The translations under genes were made by a program, and so were the position numbers. A stretch of 64,000 nt of DNA, taken from the human T2T-CHM13v2.0 reference genome, Homo sapiens. Position 1 is the stretch's first letter; each line of letters begins with the position of its first letter. The stretch is from assembly GCF_009914755.1 (NCBI RefSeq), contig NC_060931.1. One strand, given 5' to 3'. This document shows positions 15,475 to 28,978 of the stretch, one piece after another. The notes below the pieces were generated by a model, which was not told where the DNA came from, did no database searches, and saw only the letters and a list, made by a program, of their open reading frames with translations.

Positions 15475-15759
15475 TTGCCTGACATCATCTTAGGCAAGCT
15501 ACCTTTGTGGGAGGACTGGGCGGAAGAATGGGAAGATTTGACCCAGGGCCACATATGATGTCAATGGAATTTTAGTTCCATTTGCCATGATACATTCAAA
15601 GACCTAAAGTTACTGGACTTGGTAACTTTAGGTCTTTACTGGCAGGCAGCATGGAAGGTCTGAGATTTTCCCATTTGTGAAGCTGTAGTTGTATAGGCAG
15701 GAAGTGGTATCAGCACCAAGAGCCAAGCTGCATACAATTTACCATCTGACATCTCCGCA

Positions 15760-16095
15760 TTGACTTATTTGGCTTTTGTCTGGCTTCCCCTCCCTAGAAT
15801 ATAAGCTGTGTCAAATTCACTGCTGTGACCTCAATGCTTAAAATAATCCCTGGGCCATAGTAAATGCTCAAGAATTGCTTAACAAATTCACTTATTCAAC
15901 AAATTTTTGTTAAGACTGTGTATCAGTACTAGAAAGTAAGTTAATTGCGGGCAGAGAGTTTTATCTGTTAGCTGCTGCACTTCTGTATGTAGAGCAGTAC
16001 CTGGCACTCAGTAGACATGTATGGAATAGTTGAATTAATGATTTAAAGAATAACATACAAAGGCTCTGCTTTTGAGGAGTATATAGTCTAGGGAC
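15760..16095. mobile_element. L2 3'-end fragments
   Basis: CTAGAATATAAGCT...TTCACTGCTG...ATAGTAAATGCTCAA and CCTGGCACTCAGTAG. Confidence 0.55.
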
Positions 16096-17169
16096 TTCTG
16101 TTTTTAGGTTTGTCAATATAGCTGCTTGTACCAAAATTGAACTTTATTTCCTCTCCCAAATTTTCAATAATTGGCAATGACTTGTCAATTCAATGTGTTG
16201 CAGGGGAGGAGAGGTGAAGGCATGAAGAGGGGCTGGAGAAATGACATGAGGTTCCTAAGTTAATATTTTTCCAGGTTATATGAGGATTTATCTAGACAAA
16301 TAGAGTATTTGCTGAAACAATTTCTATTTTTATTATTGTAATATATGTATGCATATTTGCAATTTGACTACATGACATGCTCACTGTAAGAGAGTCAAGA
16401 AGCAATGGATTCCCCACCTTCCCAGTTCCACTCCAACCCCTCTCAGAGGTAACCACTGTTCACAGTTTGGTCTGTGTTCCCTTCTTTTCAAATATCTTAA
16501 TAGAGGCCTTGTTTTCAGAACTGCTTAAAATAAGTATAGGCCTAGAGCTTGATAGGAACCAAAATTGCTGAGAAAACAGCTTAAAAATACATACTAAAAA
16601 TAATATGAAAGACAACTGTGTAACAGAAACCCCTAGATGGGAAAAATTGTTTTTCAAATTGCTGTGATTTCTACAATAGCTGGTTTTCCCATGCTCTATG
16701 TTTTTGTCCCTTTAAATTTTTTTATATCTTAAAATTACCAGGAGCCCTAAATCTATTTGCCTGGGAATGAACAAATAAGCCTTTACTACTATCAACAGCA
16801 AAAAAGAGCCTTTCCTGGCCTTTACAGGGATGATATTTTTGTGAAAATTTGAGTGGAGTACTTTGGAAAACTTTGTGTTTTGCAGCAATATAGGGAGATG
16901 AGGTTATCAGTTGCTATCTCTCATCCAAATAATTCTCACCCATGATGACATCAAACCCTTCCAGAAGGAAGATATGTCAGCAAATCAGGACTGAAGCCCA
17001 GGCAGTAGTCTGATGGCTGCCCTTGAACTTCTCTCTCACTCTTATATTCCCTCCTAACCTTGTGTTGGCCTGATATTTAAAGGCTAAGTTTATCCTATAA
17101 TAATATTTACTATTTTTATATCTTTTTACAGATTATGAAGCAATTTCCTACCTGTTTTTTTATTTGATC

Positions 17170-17300
17170 CATGAACTTTTCAAGAGATGTGTGCTATTGC
17201 TGTTGTGACCATTAGCTCCCATTTCTCAGATGAGGAAACTGAGGCTCAGTGAGCCTTAAATGACTTGCCCAAAACTATAAGGTCAGTTAGTGGTGGAACT
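17170..17300 (-). mobile_element. MIR
   Basis: CCCATTTCTCAGATGAGGAAACTGAGGCTCAG...TGACTTGCCCAA. Confidence 0.8.
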
Positions 17301-18009
17301 TCTGCCTTCAAATTTCTTGTCTTTTCCTGGAAGCAATGTTGGCCCCCAGATAAGAAACCACAGTTCATAACCTCCTGTTATTGTTGTCAAAACCTTCACC
17401 AACTTATTGGAAAAACAATAATTATAAAAATAATAAAATTAGATAAGGTGTTTTATTGCATTTCGTTTATGCAGCAAATACAAGGCATAAACTGTGCCTC
17501 TCTAAGGTGGTCTCCCAAGATGGAGAATGGACTTTCTTAAGGGAGAATCGCCAGGATGTGCATGTGGGCATCTCTGACTTTTCTACTGCACTGGCTGCAA
17601 GCCCTGGCTAGGGCCCCGGGTAACGACTTTCACAAGAATCCAGGGCTAGGAACTCCCATTTTGTCCAATAGGGCACAGAGGCTCCCCACAGCATATTCAC
17701 CGGCCTCCCTCACTCCAGTATCCCTCTTCCCCTGGCTTGCTGCCTCATTGTCCATACTACCCTCGCAGCAGGCTGGAAACACAGACAAGTGGGGCTGGCA
17801 ATACAGGAGGCTTCCAAGACTTTAGAGTTTAATTGCAGGTCTGGAAAGATGGGAAGCCCAAAGGTAGGACCTCTAGGCCTTCCTGGAGGGTGCGGCAGGC
17901 TTCAAGTGCTCTGACCCAGTAGCTCCATTTGTGCACATGATTGGAAAAGAGCATTATGGGAAAGTCCTTCAGTGAATAAATACAAGATGGTGGTGGAGCA
18001 TGGGGGTGG

Positions 18010-18185
18010 GGATTGAGTTTGAATCCTGCCTCTGCCACCTGATAATTAAAAGACTTCCTAATCTCTGTGACTCTGTCTTATCATGGAAGCAAAATAGAGG
18101 TAGCATTATCTGCCATTCCTGGTATTTAAGGCTGTTATAAAAACTCAATGAGTCATTAAGTAAAAGCACTTTAAAACCTATAAAA
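18010..18185 (+). mobile_element. MIR
   Basis: GAGTTTGAATCCTGCCTCTGCCAC...GTAAAAGCACTTTAAAAC. Confidence 0.65.
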
Positions 18186-18634
18186 TACCAAAAAAACCAC
18201 CCCACATCTGCTTGATTTTTGTTGTTGTTGGTTTGTCTTTCAGATGGAAATCTCTGCCCATAAAAATCTTCCACAGTAAACAGACACTGATGCAAACACA
18301 CTGGGCTTCCTTCTATTACCTCATCATGCATGTGCTCCTTAAAATTGATCACCAGTGACTTCCTCTCTTCTCCCTTTCCCTGTGCTTACGTAATTCCTTT
18401 CCTGAATGACTTATCTTAGTACCAAGCTTTGTCCTCCTTCCCGAGTAGCCCAGTATGAAGAGAACATAAGGGAGACCCATTTAGTAGTGGGAAAAGTAAC
18501 TACCGGGTGAAAATGACGTTGATGTTTTCCCAACGTCAGCAACACTGCTTAGACTACTACTCCAATAGTTAATCAAGCTGGACTTCTAATGTTAGGGACT
18601 GAGTTTTATGTCCCCTAGTATGTACTTTCTCTTC

Positions 18635-19530
18635 TATAATAACAATGAAAATACAGACCACCCAATTTGAAAGTGGGCAAAGAGCTTGAATAGAGAATTT
18701 CTTCAAAGCAGATATACAAATGACCAATAAGCAAATGAAAAGATGCTCAACATCTCCAACATTAGGGAAATGCAGCTCAACACCACAGTGGGATGCCACT
18801 GCACACCCATAGATGGCTATGCCTTTTTTTCTTTTTTTAAAGGAAAATAGCAAGTGTTAGGTAGGTTGTGGAGAAACTGGAATCCTTATACACTGATGGT
18901 GGGAATGTAAACAACTCAGTTGCTGTGGAAAACAGGTTGGTAGTTCCTCAAAAAGTTAAATACAGAATTACCATGTGGCCCAGCAATTCCACTCCCAGGT
19001 ATATACTCCAGAAAACTGAAAACAAGTACTTAAATGCATGTACACACATGTTCATAGCAGCATTATTCACAATAGCAAGGTGGAGACATTTCAAATGCCC
19101 ACAATTGGATGAATGGATGAACACTGGTGGTACATACATACAGTAGAATATTACTCAGGAATAAAATGGAATGAACCACTGACACAGGCTACAATGTGAT
19201 GAACCTCAAAAACATTAAGCTAAGTGAAAGAAGTCAGATACGAAAAGGTCACATACTACATGATTCCATTTATAGGAGCTATCCAGAATAAATAAATCCA
19301 GAGAGACAGAAAGTAGATCAGTGGTTGCCTGGGGCCTGGGTGGGGAGAGGGGAATGAGGAGTGACTGCTTAATGGGTATGCAGTTTCCTTTTGGGTTGAT
19401 TAAATGTTTTGAAACTAGATAGAGGTGATGGTTGCACACCACTGTGAATGCACTAAATGCCACTGAATGGTCCACTTAAAATTAAACTGGTTTTAAGTCA
19501 TGTGAATTTCACCTCAGCTGAAGAAAAAAA
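18635..19530 (+). mobile_element. L1MB 3' end (ORF2 C-terminal remnant and 3'UTR)
   Basis: ORF2-like ...THMFIAALFTIA...; 3'UTR GAAACTAGATAGAGGTGATGGTTGCAC...GTGAATTTCACCTC plus A tail. Confidence 0.9.
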
Positions 19531-20029
19531 CACAAAAAGCCATGGAACCCCAAAGCTACAGTAGGGTTGTTTGTTTCCAGAAAGACGCCCAGCAGTGCAG
19601 GGGTCTGTTTGAAACAAGAACCTGAGCCAGCTGAGCAACTAGGCCACTAATGAGCTCCCCTCCTCCCCGGAAGCAAATGTTTCTCCTCCTCCTCCTCCCA
19701 GCCATTCATTAGGCTCCAACCTGCTACTTGTCAGGTAGCATTAGTTGTACCGGTATCCTGGGGACCGGGGTGCCCTTGCTCTTCCTGGTTCCTTATTTAT
19801 TATGTTAATGAGAACATAACCAAGCTTCTGAGGCAGAAAGTCTGAGATGGATATTTGTGCTCTAGTCAGTGGGCAGGTGGTCTCCACAGGGTGCTGTGGA
19901 AGGACTCCCACCAAGATGTCTGGTTTCAAACCCAACTATGTCACACACTTGCTCTATATTCTTGAGCAAGTCAGTTCTGAGGCTGAGTTTTCTTACCTTA
20001 AAATGAGACTAAACAAAATTTTTCTTAAT

Positions 20030-21045
20030 TAATTTCAATGTCCAGAAACAGATCGCCTTGGTAACCCCTCACTTGCAATCTCCCTGGGTCTGAGCCACCA
20101 TCATCTTTTCCTTGACAAATGCAATGGCCTCCTAACTGATCCCCCTGCGTCTGCCTGTGCCCTCTTCCCAGCATAAGACCGGCTCTTTCAGACATAAGTC
20201 AGACCACCACATTCCTCCTCAAAGCCCTCCAGAGAGTCCAGGCACGGTGGCTCAACACCTGTAATCCCAGCACTTTAGGAGGCAGAGGCAGGCAGATCAC
20301 TTGAGGTCAGGAGTTTGAGACCAGCCTAGCCAATGTGGTGAAACCCTGTCTCTACTAAAAATACAAAAATTAGTCAGGCATGGTGGTGGGCACCTGTAAT
20401 CCCAGAACTTGAGGGGCTGAGGCAGGAGAATTGCTTGAATGAGGCGGAGGTTGCAGTGAGCAGAGACTGTGCCACTGCACTCCAGCCTGGGCGACAGAGC
20501 CAGACTCCATCACAAAAAAAAACAAAAACAAACAAACAAAAACCAACCCTCCCAGAGCTCTCAGCTCACTCGGTAAAAGCCAGGTCCTGACACGGGCATT
20601 CGTGGTCCCACACGAGAGCCTGCCTGCTGCTTCTTCAATCACACCTCTTACCACCCATGGCCCCTTGCTCACTCCACTCGAAACCCGGAGGTCTCCTTTC
20701 TGTTTCTGCCTCAGGACCTTTGCACTGGCTGTCTTCCAACCTGAAAGGTTGCTTTTGCCCTTGGTTCCTCCAGGTCTTGACTCAAATGTCATCTTACCAG
20801 TAAAGTCTTTTCACCTTGGCAGTTTTTATCCCTCTTTCTTGCTCAGTTTTTGTTTTATATTACATTGCACTTAACACCATTCCATACTTAATACCAAACA
20901 ACGTCTTCTTTGTTTATTATCTGTCTCCCCCTAAAATGTAAGTTCCATGAGATTTTTTTTTTTCATTGCTATATCCAAAATGCCTAGAGTTGTTACTGGA
21001 ACATAGTAGGTGGTCTGTACACATGAACCAAATGAATGAGTTATT
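20030..21045 (+). mobile_element. L2 interrupted by Alu
   Basis: GGCCTCCTAACTG...CCTCAGGACCTTTGCACTGGCTGT...CTAAAATGTAAGTTCCATGAG...ATGAATGA. Confidence 0.8.
20236..20542 (+). mobile_element. AluS (Sz/Sx-like)
   Basis: Dimer with (AAAC)n tail; degenerate TSD CCCTCC(C)AGAG. Confidence 0.92.
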
Positions 21046-23494
21046 TTGAAGATCAAAGACAATGAATGTGAAAGTACTGTACAAATGTACAATGTTTGGT
21101 TATTCATATGAAAATGAAGTTTCCTTGATACACCAAAGTCTACACCAGTAGAATCGAATTTGTGATGTTTGAAAAAAGCAAATAACAAAAATAAAAATTT
21201 TCAGTTGGAAAACTGCCGTGAGCCTCAAAGGATATTTTAGGATCTGACAGAGCCTGTTTCTAGACTCTCATCCCAAATGGCACTGTTTAGTCAGCTTCCC
21301 AGAACTCATTTCATCAACCTTAACAGAACCGACTTCATATGAGCAGGTTTCTGACGTGTGTAAGTCGAAGGAGCCTGGCTATTTCATAGCTGGTGTGGGA
21401 TTGTATGGATATCAAATTGGCTTTTTATTTGCTACTGCAAAATTAAATTAGGAATGAAAGTAATTTGGTTCAATGAAAATAAAAAACTAGACTCAAAGTC
21501 AGGGGAAAAAAGGCCAAATCAGACAGAGGTCAGGACTGCCAGGAAGGGTCCTTCTTAAAGTCTTATAAATAGAAGGTAATTTCTAAAATGTCAAGGGTTT
21601 CTCGGCTCAATTAAAATTATTTGTAGCACAAATGGCTGAGACCAGGGAGTGCTTTAAACCATGGAAATGCAGTAACAAGAATAATAAGCAACTAGGTTAT
21701 TGTTGTTCACGAGATGTCTTATTTAAATGTTGAAGAATTTCAATCATGTCAGATGCCAGAAAGGGCCAGTTATAAAGGGAACGAAGCTGTTGTCCTTCAG
21801 GTTCTTTTCCTCCTACTTTCACTTAGAAATAGGAAACAGCCAAGAGCCATTTTGCAATCGAAACAACTTCATTTCCCATGTCCATTTGGAAGAAAGAGCC
21901 ATAACTCAACTAATACACGTTTAGGACAGGTTGGGGAATGGCTGTGATGCCGCAGCCCTGAGCTAAGAGCACATAACTTCTTTCTAAATGTGTGTTGGAC
22001 TCCTTGGCTGTCATCTATTAAAGGATGAATTTTGCAAATATTATGAACTTATCCATTAGGGAAGCAAAAACAAATATCTGATAGACTCAGCTTTTGTCAC
22101 AGATAAATAGTTCTTTACATAAGCAAGCCCAAGAGTGTTTGGCACAGCCTCGCAATGTCCAGTGAAATGTCAATTCAAGCCAGAGGTGTGATTGTTTATT
22201 GTCAGCATAGACTGTCATCACTTATGGTCATAATCAGGAAAACTGCTGATGATTGATACCGATGGCAATGATGATTACTCTTGCAATAAGCTTAATTAAA
22301 ATAATGAAGTGCTACTGCATGTGACTTAGCTGTGGCACACGAAGGATGTTGTATAGGCACCACAAAGAAGTCACCAGGCAGCATGGGGTTCATCTTTCAA
22401 TCCTGACACACCTGGGAAGCCCCAAGGTATTGGGCGTGATTCTGGAGGTCCTCTGCCTTCTCTCCTGGGATCACAGTTCCTCATTCCTCCTGCATACATA
22501 ATTGCTGGAATAAGTGCAATGACAGAGGTCTGCTGGTTACTGGTTTCAGCTGCAAATCCAGCCCAGGAGATGGTCTGTCTCCTCCTGGTCAGTCTTCCCG
22601 CGGAGCTACTTATCAAACTCCATGGGGATGGCGATTTAACCTGGGTACTACGAGTGGCTTCAATCTCTCCCACCACTGGCAACTGACCCCATCAAAGGTG
22701 AGGGAAACCCTGGAGAGAGAAATGCTTCTGACCTCCTGGAACACTGGCTCAGAAATCTCACCCTCCATTGGCCTGCACCATCCAGTTCATTTTTCTTCCC
22801 AGAGTTTCTTGCTGCTGACTTTTCCTCTGTTCTTCAGCACCTGGGGTGTAGGGGAGAGGGGAGGAGAAAGAATAAAAACCTTTGAGGGACATTTGAACCA
22901 CCCAGAAGGCCAGCCTCCAACCCAGCCCTGAGACCATTTCCCATAATTGGTGAGGGCCTTAAAAACACAAACAGCCCTCATCCACGGGGGGAAGATCAAA
23001 GGAACATTTACCCACTCACTTAACTCAGAAAAAATAAAACACCCAGCGCAAATTGTGGGCTTTTAACTATCTTGCGGGACCAAAAACCTAATCAGAGTAC
23101 AGAGGACTATAAACATCTAGGAAGGGAAGCAGACAGTCATTAAAATTTGATTATGAGACTAGCAGCTCTGATAGGGCCTTGTAGGCTCAGAGAAGAAAAA
23201 TCCCGGACTGCCTGGCCACCTTCCCTGCAGAGGGGTCTGCGTGAGAGCGGAGAGAGTGAGTGAACAAAATCAGCCTGGAACATCTTTTCCTTCACATGTA
23301 TAAGAATTTGGAGCCACACAGGCCTCTGCAACTTGTCTCCTATTAAGAGAAAAATTGGCCTCTGCAGTTAATGGATTTTTTTTTTTTGTATGAGCTTGCT
23401 CATGAAACATTAATCATATGTCCATCACAGGAAAATGCAAACCTTCACAGAGCTTACCATAGTGACATCTCCGGCTACTTGGAATTGGGATTTG

Positions 23495-23650
23495 TTTCAT
23501 TCATTCATTCACTCAGGCATTCAGCAAATATGTATTGAGCATCTGCTTTGTGCCAAGCTCTGTTCTGGGTGCTGAGGATATAACAGTATGCAAAACAAAG
23601 ATCCTTGCCCTGATGGATCTGAGGAAGTGCTTCCTGGACAAACTGGGATT
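23495..23650 (-). mobile_element. L2 3' fragment
   Basis: TTCATTCATTCATTCA...AAATATGTATTGAGCATCTGCTTTGTGCCAAG. Confidence 0.8.
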
Positions 23651-23751
23651 GGAATCAGAAGAAATATCAGGGCAAGTTATTAAAAGGAAAGAGGGACAGG
23701 ATTGGCATTTCTAGAGTGCCACCCCGTGACCAGTACAATGCTGGTGGCTTA

Positions 23752-24087
<336 letters not shown>

Positions 24088-24317
24088 AAATAGTGCCTTC
24101 TGTTGGCACTCATCTGATTGCAACAAGTTAATGCAGTCAAGGTCAGAATTGCTGAGGTCAGAACCTCAGGCTGTTTGTCACCCCAATTCTAAAGTGCTCT
24201 CTGGAGTCTAAATGACTTCAAGAAGTCACTCTTGGATGAAGGTCTTGCTTGCAGCAAAGTAAAACCACACATTTTCAGGGACCCACCTCTAGTCTATTAA
24301 TTAATTAGTCCATTAAT

Positions 24318-24840
<523 letters not shown>

Positions 24841-25354
24841 ACCTAATGTGCACTGAATTAACCTTGAAAATACATGTGTTTAAGAGAAACTCACAGAAAC
24901 CTCAGCACTCATTCAGCACCACTCATTCAGCCACTCATGGAGCCACTCCCGTGTGCCAGGGCAGGACAAGGAGACTCTAGGTGAGATCACAGCTGTATCC
25001 CACCCCCTGGCCCATAGCGAGACTGTCCTCTTTGGCTTCCTTGCCACCAGCCTGCCGCCTGCCACCTGCCACAGCCTCTCCATCATCCACACAGTTTCTA
25101 TAAAGAGATCTGAACTATCACTTATCTCTTTAAGACCCTCAACAGCCTTAGAGGATAAAATCCCAATGCCCGTTAGCATACTCCAGACCCTTCACCATCT
25201 GGCCTCAGTCACCTGCGTAGCCCCCTCTACCCCAGTCTCCGACTGAATGGTCTAGTCCCCTTCACCTTCTCTGTCTGTGCCCTAAATGGGATCATGCCTC
25301 CTCTACCCTGACCACACCCTTGTCTCCACCCCTGCCTTGGCTCCAATTGCTCAC

Positions 25355-25639
25355 TTTTTTTTTTTTTTTGAGACGGAGTCTCGCTCTGTCACCCAGGCTG
25401 GAGTGCAGTGGCATGATCTCGGCTGACTGCAAGCTCCGCCGCCCGGGTTCACGCCATTCTCCTGCCTCAGCCTCTCCAAGTAGCTGGGACTACAGGCGCC
25501 CGCCACCACGCCCGGTTACTTTTTTGTATTTTTAGTAGAGACGGGGTTTCACCGTGGTCTCGATCTCCTGACCTCGTGATCTGCCCGCCTCGGCCTCCCA
25601 AGGTGCTGGGATTACAAGCGTGAGCTACCGCGCCCGGCC
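25355..25639 (-). mobile_element. AluY with 12-bp left-monomer deletion (AluYd lineage)
   Basis: CpG-rich; Y diagnostics (GCAAGCTCCGCC, TTCACGCCATTCTCC); TTTCACCGTGGTCTCGATC lacks TTAGCCAGGATG. Confidence 0.9.
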
Positions 25640-25644
25640 CTGAC

Positions 25645-26234
25645 TTTTTAAAAATTAATTTTTGTGAGTACATAGTAGGTATATATATTTATGGGGTACA
25701 TGAGATGTTTTGATACAGGCATGTAGCATGTAATAATCACATCAGAGTAAATGGGGTATTCATCACCTCAAGGATTTATACTTTGTGTTACAAACAATCC
25801 AATTATACTCTTTTAGTTATTTTTAAATGTACAATTAAATTATTATTGACTGTAGCCACGCTGTTGTGCTATCAAATACAAGGCCTTATTCATTCATTCT
25901 ATTTTTTGTACCCATTAACCATCCCCACCTCCCCCTAACTCCCCACTATCCCTTCCAGCCTCTGGTAGCCATCCTTTCATTCTCAGTCTCCATGGGCTCA
26001 ATTGATTTGACTTTTAGATCCCACAAATAAGTGAGAACATATGATGTTTGTCTTTCTGTGCCTGGCTTATTTCACTTAATGTAATGACCTCCAGTTCCAT
26101 CCAAGTTGTTGCGAATGACAGGATCTCATTCTTTTTTATGGCTGGATAGTACTCCATTCTGCATGTACCACATTTTCTTTCTCCATTCATCTGCTGATGG
26201 ACACTTAGGTTGCTTCCAAATCTTGGCTATTGTG
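25645..26234 (-). mobile_element. 5'-truncated L1MA (MA1-3-like)
   Basis: TTTTTGTGAGTACATAGTAGGTATATATATTTATGGGGTACATGAGATG 3' end; degenerate TSD CAATTGCTCACTTT/CAGTTCCTCACCTTT. Confidence 0.9.
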
Positions 26235-27209
26235 CAGTTCCTCACCTTTAAGCCACAGAGGCTCACTGAGCCTTTAAAGTTCAGATCCAGTTCCAACTCT
26301 TCAGCTAAGTCTTTCTCAACATTCCTTTCAAGCCTTTAAAAACAAATGGCTTCTGGAACTACATCCCCATAGTACCCCGCTCACACATCTGCTGTGCATT
26401 GTGCCTCAGCTGGCCTGTTCTTCCATCAGTAAGTGTGTGCTGAGGATCTGCTATGCGCCAGGCACTCTTCTAGACCCCGGGAGAGAGAGGTGAACAAATC
26501 TGGCAAGATCTGCCTTTGCCAAGCTTACACTCTAGATAGGGAGCTAGAAAAGAAAATAAATGACCAAACATAGTCAGAGGGTCATGGTGCCAGGAGTTGT
26601 ACTCGGTTTTGGGAGTAGAACTGAGCTAGGCCCAATCCCTGCTTTCAAGGAGCTTATGGTCCTGGGGATGGGGAGGGAGGGGAGCATGAAATGAGGGAGT
26701 AGAGGTGGGGGGTTATGGGAAGAGGAGGAAAGAGCATCTAAATACTGGGCCCAAGTGTGAGGAGTCCCCAAAGTCATGGAGAGGTCAATGAGCGATGGCC
26801 AGAAACCACAGGGAAGGCTGATTTAGAAACTACTGGAGAACCTTCTGAGAGGGTCAGGACGTTGACAAGGTAGAATGCATTCTAGGTAGGCCCAGCCTGA
26901 GAGAGAAGAAAAAGAGATAGTTTCCAGAAATGCTTAGATGGTATCCCCATCCAAATTTACCTCAGTCCAGAATTTTCCCCTTTGCTTCAAGGCCACTTGA
27001 CGATAGTGGTCAAGACAGAACTGGAAGTCCTAAGGTCATATCCCTGATTCATATCCTGTGCCTGAAACCCTGCTACTTCCTGAATTCCTGTGCTCCTCGG
27101 GTAAGACTTCCTCGTGGAGATGGAGCTAAAGAAACTAAAAGACACTCCCACCCTTGTTAGGATAGACTTTATTTGCACATAAGGTCAGACAAATTTCCAT
27201 AATGCCACC

Positions 27210-27559
27210 TGCTATGGACTGAACATATTCCTGCAAAATTCATGTGTTGAAAGCTACTCCCCAATGTAATGGTATTAGATGAGGTTTGAGGAGGTGGTTT
27301 GGTCATGAAGGTGGACCCCTCAAGAATGGGATTAGAGCCCTTACAAGTGGCTGAAGCAACCAGAGTGTTCCTTTTCCATGCGAGGACATAGCAAGAAGGT
27401 CCCACCCAGGAGCCGTAAGCAAGCCCTCACCAGACACTCAATCTGCCTTCAATGTGGACTTCAAGGTCTGTGGGAACTGTGAGAAATAAATTTCTGTTGT
27501 ATATAAGCCACTCAGCATATGTAATTTTATTTTAGCAGTCAGTTCAAATGGGCTAGATG
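27210..27559 (+). mobile_element. MLT1A0-like solo LTR
   Basis: TGCTATGGACTGAA...CAAAATTCATGTGTTGAA...GAACTGTGAGAAATAAATTTCTGTTG. Confidence 0.88.
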
Positions 27560-28806
27560 CTACGCTTGAGGGGACCTCCAGGAATAGATAAAGGCTGTGT
27601 CCCATGTCTCCTGCAAAGCAAGAAGTACACCACAATATATAAAATAAAAAGCCAAAAATCATCCCAAGAAGTCGACATTATATCATCATTAAGACCCAGT
27701 TGGTCTTTACTTGCCCTGTTTTCCATGGTTTGTCTGAATTCTCTCCCACCTTCCCACCATGCCAAGACTGCAGGGGTGTGTTGACTTTCATTGCCTTGAA
27801 ATAGTTAATCTTTGCAACCAAGGTTCCAAATGGGAGGCTTAAACTGGGAATCAGCTCACTCTGTGTGTAGGTCATTTAAGAGCTCAATCTCATCTTTGAA
27901 ATATAGATTAACTAGGAGAGTATGAGTTCAGCATTTCTCTATAATGTTGTTTCATTGATCCTGCGGGCCAACTGGACATGGCTTCAGATGGATACCTAAA
28001 AATTAGTTTTAAAACTTTCCCATCTTTTAATATTTTATAACCTGTCAGAAAATCAATTATGGACTCTGCCCCCTTTCAACGCTTGGTTTCATAGGAGCTG
28101 ATGTTTAACCAAAGCAAGGTTCTTTCCTCTCCTTTACAAAAAGCAATGGACAAGTTTAGAGTAAATGATGACTTCAGGGAATTTCTTGGATTTGTAAAGA
28201 TTTAGAGATGAATTGAATAGCTTTGACCTGCCAAGTCCACAGCTTGGGTTTCTCTCTCTCCTGAGCCATAGCCAGCAAATGGTTTCCCTAAACACTGGGA
28301 AAGATCAGGGATCCAGAGGTCAGTATTGTGGGAACCCAGTCATAATTTAAACTTGTCAAATATCTTGATATATTTCTTCAAGCCCAGTGAATCACAAAGG
28401 GCCTTTCTCCAAAACCTGTCCTTCCTCTTATGCACACACATGCACATGGAGCACAATCTTTCAGGTTTAAAAAAATTTTTTTTTCATTTTTTAGTTTAGG
28501 AGGATTTAAGGGAAGAATAAAGATTAGGAGATATGCCAGAGCGATTTTTATTTTTTCTTTTTCTGTATTTCATAACATTTCTAATATGAACATATATTAA
28601 TTTTGTAAGAGAAAATAAAGTTAAAAAAAAAAGAACCTAGGTAAAGTCACACTAACATAACACTAAGAATCCATGTTGAAAGAAAGTGGAATTAATTTTA
28701 GGTTAACAATAAAAATTTCAACTTCCATAGCATGCATACTCCAATCACTTCTGAATGGCCATATTCATCAAAATGAACTATAGTTTGTCCCATGAAAATA
28801 GGTAGA

Positions 28807-28978
28807 AGCCAGGAACCGTGGTGCACATCTATAGTCCCAGCTACTTAAGAAGCTGAGCCTGGAGGATCCCTCAAGCCCAAGAGTTCAAGGCTGCAGCGAG
28901 CCATGATCGTGCCACTGCACTCCAGCCTGGGCAACAAAGTGAAACCCTGTCTCTATTTAAAAAAAAGAAAGAAAGAAA
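28807..28978 (+). mobile_element. FRAM-like free Alu monomer
   Basis: Single right-arm-type monomer with A/(GAAA)n tail; perfect 13-bp TSD GAAAATAGGTAGA at 28794-28806 and 28979-28991. Confidence 0.88.
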
